A stretch of DNA of 56,991 nt, taken from assembly GCA_000934665.2 (NCBI GenBank), contig JYFJ02009209.1, forward strand, positions 124,001 through 180,991, given 5' to 3'. Below, piece by piece: positions 50,639 to 56,991 of this stretch. The translations under genes and the position numbers were made by a program. The notes under the pieces are model-generated. The model was not told where the DNA came from and did no database searches. It saw nothing but the letters and a program-made list of their open reading frames with translations. Source of the stretch: Catajapyx aquilonaris. Lineage: Eukaryota. The first letter of the stretch is position 1. Every line of letters begins with the position of its first letter.

Positions 50639-53600
50639 ATGAAGAGAGCGGATCATGCTGCGGGAGGAGGAGGAAGGACAGAGGCGATGGAGACCACAAA
50701 GCGGCTTCACAGGTACTTCGTTCTATTGCGCAACACAATGCGTCGTCATCTGGTTGCAATTTAATACCACCAAGGGCGGACACTGGGGCGGGCCACGGGA
50801 ATTAGAACACTTGCAACACTCTAGTGCCACCGAACAGTCTTGAAAATTCAGGTTCGAATAACCTTATTGAAAATTCTAATTCGAACGTGGATGAAAAAAA
50901 TTAAGTGTAAATTCCTGTTCGAACGTAGCAGAAAAATTAAGTGTAAATTCAGGTTCGAACGTGGTTGAAAAATTAAAGTGTAAATTCCTGTTCGAACTTG
51001 TCGAACGTGGTTGAAAAATTAAGTGCTAATTATTACAGTTTGAACGTGGTTTTAAAATTAGTGTAAAATCAGGTTCGAACGTGGTTGAAATGTAAGGGTA
51101 AATTCTTTAGTACGTCATGGATAATATGGCAGAACATTGCGATTGTAAAGTTCCAGCAATTATTATAGAACACGCGTTAGAATGTACGAGTTGCGAAATG
51201 TTGTGAAATATTCTACCGGTAATGCTTCATTGGCAGGCATTTAACATTGTGATGAGTGTTTCACACGGTTAATTTGCGATGGACTTCGGAAGGTATTGTA
51301 GTGTTTCGGAACAGATTAGAAGCGGTGAGGGCATTATTCCGGTGTCGTATCGCTGAGCTCCAGTGTTGCGACCAGCGAGGAAATAGTTGCAGCGAGACGA
51401 CATGAAGGAAATTATGCAATTTTGTGCAACAGCAGCTGGCGTTATGTTCATGAGCAGTTTGCATGACTGGACATGTGAGCTGCTTTGAAGCTCTTGATAA
51501 GATAAGGAATTCCTCTCCGATTGGGATTTTTGAGCAGGTCCGATACGTGCGCAAATTGACATGGACTACTTTTGCTGAATTGACTCCTGATAAGACATAT
51601 TTTGCAGGTTGGCCAGTTAAGTTTGCTGCCGTAATTAATATATGTTGTTTCTATGCAGATGGATTTGGACATTGGTTCATATTGGTTGCTGACGATGTAT
51701 ATTTTTTTAAAATTTAAGGACTGTTGGGGTAAATCGTAGCACCTGCGTGTGCTGTTGTAATTGTGATGTCTTAGGTAAGCAGCATTATGGAGAATAGATG
51801 GTCGTTGTTTTATTGCGCGTGAATTGAATGGGTCGAAAGTGAACTAAGAGGTATTGTTCAAGTCCATTGTTTCAAAAGTGTCGATTGTTATATTTTATGG
51901 CTGTTCGCTGCTAGCGAGACAGCTTTTAAAACGTAGCTTATGCAGTGAATTTGAAGCTTCGGTGGTGTTGCTGAACCATGTTGATAACAGATTAGTCGGA
52001 CACTGATTAAAAAACACCAACGCCAAATAAACCATGAGGCGTTACGTAACAGATATGACCTATCTAATGTAAGCGACAGTTGCTGCGAATGAAGCCTGTG
52101 ACTAATGATGCTCTCGCATTTAAGGTACTCTTTGAGCCGTCCCAACCGTGCCTCTCAGGACCAACCCGGAACCCTTCTTTCCCCGTCTCCACCAGCAAAC
52201 TCCTCTCCCTTGACACCTTGCATGTCACAATACTTGTGTAGTGGAAGCGGACTCACCTACGATGAGTGGTTATGCTCACTTTCTTCTTCCTTGTTGGCGT
52301 AACATAATTTTAAGATACAGAACATAATTTTAGTCCGATTGATTTGATAATAATTCCGTGCTTATTTTCAGGGCCATAACGGAGACAAGCCGCCAGCTAG
52401 ACGAGGGGTGTGCTTCAGCGCAGAGCTGCCCGAACCTTTTCTCCCCTTCCCTTGAGTTGCTGAGGAGCCGCTTGAGAGACTACTGCGAACGGCTCCTCTT
52501 TGCCAACCCGCTTGGGTATGGGCGGAAAGCCGAGGAGCTGCTCTGGCGGAAGGGATACTACGAGGTCCTGGCGGCTGCAAAGAGGCTGAAGAAGGACCCT
52601 GCAAATTGGAGCTCCCTGGAGCAGGCTTACCTGCGTTGCCATCTCGACTCTGGTGTAGGATACTACCAGCACCTTGTGTTTAGACTGCAGGATGAGTTCG
52701 GACTTCGACTGAGCGGATCCATTGACCTGCCATTGGTTAACAATGATTACAGTGTTGCTACACGTGAGTAACGGTTTTCAAACAATGAAAAACGAGCCTT
52801 GACTTCATTTTCTTGACCCACAGAGTCTACGCCTGCCAATCCGGGTCAACAACATGAGCCAGGCTCGGCAGAGTGGGCAGAGCAGTCGGTACATCGCAGC
52901 ATGCTGTACCTGGGCGACCTCTGCCGGTATCGCCTTGATCTGTTCCCTGCTTTGCCTGAGGGTGGCCCGTGGGTGGATCTCTCTCGGAGATACTATTTGC
53001 AAGCCCTCCACCTGAACCCTGCCTCTGGGATGCCGCACAATCAGATGGGGACGCTGTCTGAAGGGAGGAATCACAGCTTGGATGCAACCTACCACTACAT
53101 GAGATGGTGAGTCACAATGTGGTACACTTGGGCCAAGCATGTGATTTGGGAACCACAGGGCCATACTTTGTTGGCAACGCTATTTTCTCTCTCACTCGTG
53201 CAGCATTTTGAGTGGACTCTCGGCCAAGTCGAGGTAAACTACCTGAAGCGACTGGATGTCTCGGCTTTTGTTGCTTCTGTCAGGCTTCTAATTTGATTCG
53301 TTTACGTTCACAGCATCGTAAGCAGCCAGCCGTTTGAAGGGGCTGAGCTGAATCTGAAGCGGCTGTTCCAGCGTAACCACCAGCAGTTGGAGATGTTCAA
53401 GGGCAAGGATTGGGCGGACAGTGGGAATGGAGAGGAGGAGGTCGAGAGATGCACTGTCCACTTCCTGGCACTGGCCGAGATCTTCTTCCTGCCGTCCCAG
53501 CAAGGAGGAGCGCCCAACAAGCAGATACCCCAGCTGTGCCATGAAGTGCTGGTTGACCTCCAGCGCTGCATGATCATCAGGGGTAATCGAGGTGGCGAGG

Positions 53601-55936
53601 AGGATAGACAGACCGACTCTGTGCCAAGTTTCTTATCGGACGATATGATTTTCAAGATGGCCGTTGTGGCCCTCATGTGCGTATGGAGGCTGCAGGAAGC
53701 AGGTGAGTTCAAGTTTCCCCTTAGTTAGATCCACAAGATTGGATGCATTCTGACGTGATTTTAATTTCCAGCTTCGAACCAAGTGTCGTCGGCAGTGGCC
53801 TTCACGATGGCCTTCTTCTCTCAGGTGGTACACTTGGCGGTTTCCCTCCTGCAGAGGGAAGATACTGGCCAAATAATGGAAGTGGTTGAGGTCCCACCTC
53901 CCCAGCCCCCGCCACCTCCTACGCCTCCACCCGTCTCCAAGTCTCCTGTTAACAATCCGGAGCAACCGCAGCTGCAGAATGGCTTCCAAGCCAAGCGAGC
54001 AAAGGTCCTTGCAAAACTGCGTCGCCGCAGGCATCGCCCAAACAGCTCTGACGACGATGACAATGATTCTTCTGACATAAGCGACGAGAGCGACGATGGC
54101 ATGAGCCAGAGCGATCCAGAATCAGATATGTCCGAGAGTGAAGATCCCGACCAGCACAATTTTTCTGGGGTGTCATCGGATTCCGAGTCAGAAGCGGAAC
54201 ATCCTCCTGCTGCTGATGCGATTAAGAATGAAACCACTGTAAGTGTCTTGAAGCCAATTATTATTAGCGTAAATTTCATGCGATTGTCTCATTGCAGCAG
54301 AATGGCGATGTGGAGAAGCCGAAAGTGACTGCGGGTATGAACGGCGTGGTCGTGCCAAATGCACCTGAAGAATCTGTTGCTGTCAAGCAGCCGAGCGTCC
54401 CATCCACCCCGAGTGCAGACCTCTTGTCGGTGGTGGTGAAGGAAGATGGCCTTCTCCGAACCATTAAGGTGTACGCGGACTGGCTCAGAGGAAGCAACGA
54501 GATCCTGCGAGCCTGCGGACAGAGCTCGCAGACACTCATGGCCCGAATGGCCACACTGCTGAACATGCTGACAAGAGTCGCTAAGGCTAGGAATTTTGAA
54601 GATGGTGAGTTTTCATTTTTTTTAAATTATGTAGCTAATGTAACAGCCGGATTTGTTGCTTTTTTCCCAACAGATGACATTCGCCCCGACCTGTTGGACA
54701 AGCTGGTCTCGGAGGGCAAGGAGGGTGCGGAATCTTCCCGCAGATTCACCCTCCCTGAGGACACCCTGACTCGCGGCTTTCCGTTGCTGAGAGAGGCCCA
54801 CAAGTCCTTGGATTGGTCTTGCCACAGGCCTTCCATGAACCGCAAGGAGGAAGCCCTGGCCCGCTGCCACTACCTGGTGTCGTTTGGCCACTTCCTTTCC
54901 TCCGTGCCCGAGACTGGGGTCAGCCACGAGTCGGGCCAGTTCCACGCCCGAGTATTGGCAGAAGTCAATGGGACCGTAGGGGGCAAAGGAAAAGGGGGAC
55001 GCAACGGATTCGACAGCCGCCAGAAGCGACTGATGCAGAGCATGGCCCAGCTGTGGCTCAAGGAGCAGGTCAGCGACCTTGAGAATCGGGTCAAGCGAGG
55101 TGCCAAGGGAGTCGTTGCAGGCCAGCTGTCGCCTTATCTGGTTGTGGACGTCCCTGCGTTGACTGGCCATCTCAATCTGGTCAGACAGTTGGTGTGGGCC
55201 AAGCGGTTCATACTCATCATTCCCAACACAGGTCAGGGGATTGTGCTCGTGATCACTGTTGAGCAGGAGGGAACGAGAGTACTTATAAACGCGTTTTCAC
55301 AGTGGTGGGCAGCCTTGACGCATTGAAGCGTACAGAGCAGCGTGCACGTGACGCAATTCGCTGGTTGGAGGCCCAGTTCCAGAGGGGACATAGGTTTGTC
55401 AGGGCGCAGAGGCAGCACGAGCGGACTCCTCTGCCACTGCTCAAGTACCCAAGGAGACGGGACAAGGAGTCATGGTGAGTGTTCTCTGCACTGTACTAAC
55501 TTGTGCGCGCCACAGAAGCGGAATATTTTGCCCCAATTCTGTTTTTATGTTGTATGAATAACAGTGTTGGGGGGGGTGTGTTTCCAGGGCTTACTTTCAG
55601 ATCCTGGAGTGCTGCAACTATTTTAGCCAAAAAGGAGGTGTCAAAGATGGAGAGAGCAAGGTGGGGCCGATGGTCACCCTGCTGTCCGGATCAGGAGCTG
55701 GAGGTGCGGATGCCAAGAAAGACGACGGAGGCGGCGGTGGCGGAGGAGGAGGAGGGAAGGGGTTCAGTCCTGTGGGACTCGCCCAGTCTGCAGGTAATGC
55801 AAATGAGACGCCTTGAACTGCAGGAATGTGCAGTGCGGATAACGCTGGATGTGCCTCTTACTTTTCAGGAGTAAACCTCGAGAGCATAGAGTCATTCTAC
55901 AGCAAGTGGAAGCTGTCAGTGAAAAGCAACGGGTGA
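50639..55936 (+). CDS. SMG5: Nonsense-mediated decay factor SMG5 (EST1B)
   Basis: Exon 1/2 junction TKRLHR|AITETSRQLD, YGRKAEELLWRKGYY, EST1/TPR motifs LYLGDLCRYR and GMPHNQMGTL, acidic linker, MAQLWLKEQV, PIN-domain PYLVVD, and end FYSKWKLSVKSNG*. Confidence 0.92.
50842..51104. repeat. ~36-bp minisatellite (~7 copies) in SMG5 intron 1
   Basis: Unit AAATTCAGGTTCGAACGTGGTTGAAAAATTAAGTGT with variants. Confidence 0.82.
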
Positions 55937-56991
55937 GACCCGCATCCGTCTGGGGCGGAAAAGGCAACCCCAGGTATATTCAATCCAGCGACACAGAGAG
56001 TAGCGCCGCTTACTTAAGGAACCGGCGAGATAAAAATCCCTCTCCAAACCTCCCCACCCCACCATCCAAAACCCTTTAAAAAATTCCACGTAAACCCACA
56101 AAACCCACCTATAAAGCGCGAAAAAAAAAGGGCAGAAGGCATTGCATTGGGGCCGGCCAACTGGGGACAGTTGGCCAGAGTTTTTTTCGCATAAAAACTG
56201 GGGGAGATCAATGCTAATATTTAACAACCGGGGATCTTTTTTCCAAAGAAGACAACTAGAGAACGTGACTTGACTGTATGTTATTTTTGGCTGACGGACG
56301 TAACATCTGTTTCAATTCCAATGTTTAAAAATAATAATAATAATAATAATAATGAACGAATATCTGGACTTGGATGTTTGCTTGTTTATCACCTGCAGGT
56401 TTTCGCACCTGCTTAAATATTACGTGAGGTGGGAGTTAACGTCAGCGAATGTGTCTTCAAAGCGTGTTGTTGCATTGCGTTAAGTCCGTGAGCGAAAGGG
56501 ATGGGATTTTTTTGTCCGGATGCGTCCCTGGCGCATTTGGAGAAAGAATTTAAAAAGTCTCATGGGACTTTGTTTTTAGCACCTCGTTGACATGCAGAGG
56601 TTTAAAACTATAGGAGACAGTATATAGCTTAACCAATTTTCTTGAAAATAACCATCCCAACATCTTAACATCGATTTATGCAAAATAAGTAGAGTTTTTT
56701 TTTTTTCCTCCCACTAGTTACATTTTAAGTTTCTTTTTTGAGGTTACTCTTCATATATTTAGTATCACACGGTGACTATGCATGTCGTATCTTGTGGGCT
56801 ATGTTTCCACTATTTGGGATATGTAGTAGTTGGCGGAGGCTTCTTGTAGCCTTTGCACCTTAGTAGGAAACGGGAGTAATGTGTAAGTGTCACACACTAG
56901 TAAAGATGGAATGGTTAACAACTGTTGTTGTGAAGTTGGTGACCACTAACTAATGGTTTGGGTTTTTTTTTTAATTGTCTTTGATTTTTTA

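Overview
Gene-dense eukaryotic DNA with short (~55-60 bp) spliceosomal introns. The EcKinase-like gene and divergent ionotropic receptor point to an arthropod; the species cannot be fixed from the sequence. The main feature is a tandem array of about 15 alpha-arrestin (ARRDC-like) genes spanning ~1-47.3 kb, labelled A1-A15 here. All but one are on the minus strand, they fall into several subfamilies, and they differ in whether they keep the C-terminal PY motif. An orphan arrestin PY-tail exon lies at 4163-4290. Interspersed are tRNA-Arg(TCT), a divergent ionotropic receptor, an EcKinase-like gene and a PP2C phosphatase; FBPase and SMG5 sit head-to-head at the right end. Two inverted copies of a segment (14099-20442 and 27787-30756) carry an LRR-like gene with an acidic tail, intact in one copy and internally deleted in the other, and each copy is bracketed by a 24-bp inverted motif. 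The left copy also holds a 2.1-kb foldback element (TAG...CTA ends, TAT target duplication). Several MITEs and intronic minisatellites are present. Gene models were built by eye from homology and splice signals, so boundaries are approximate.
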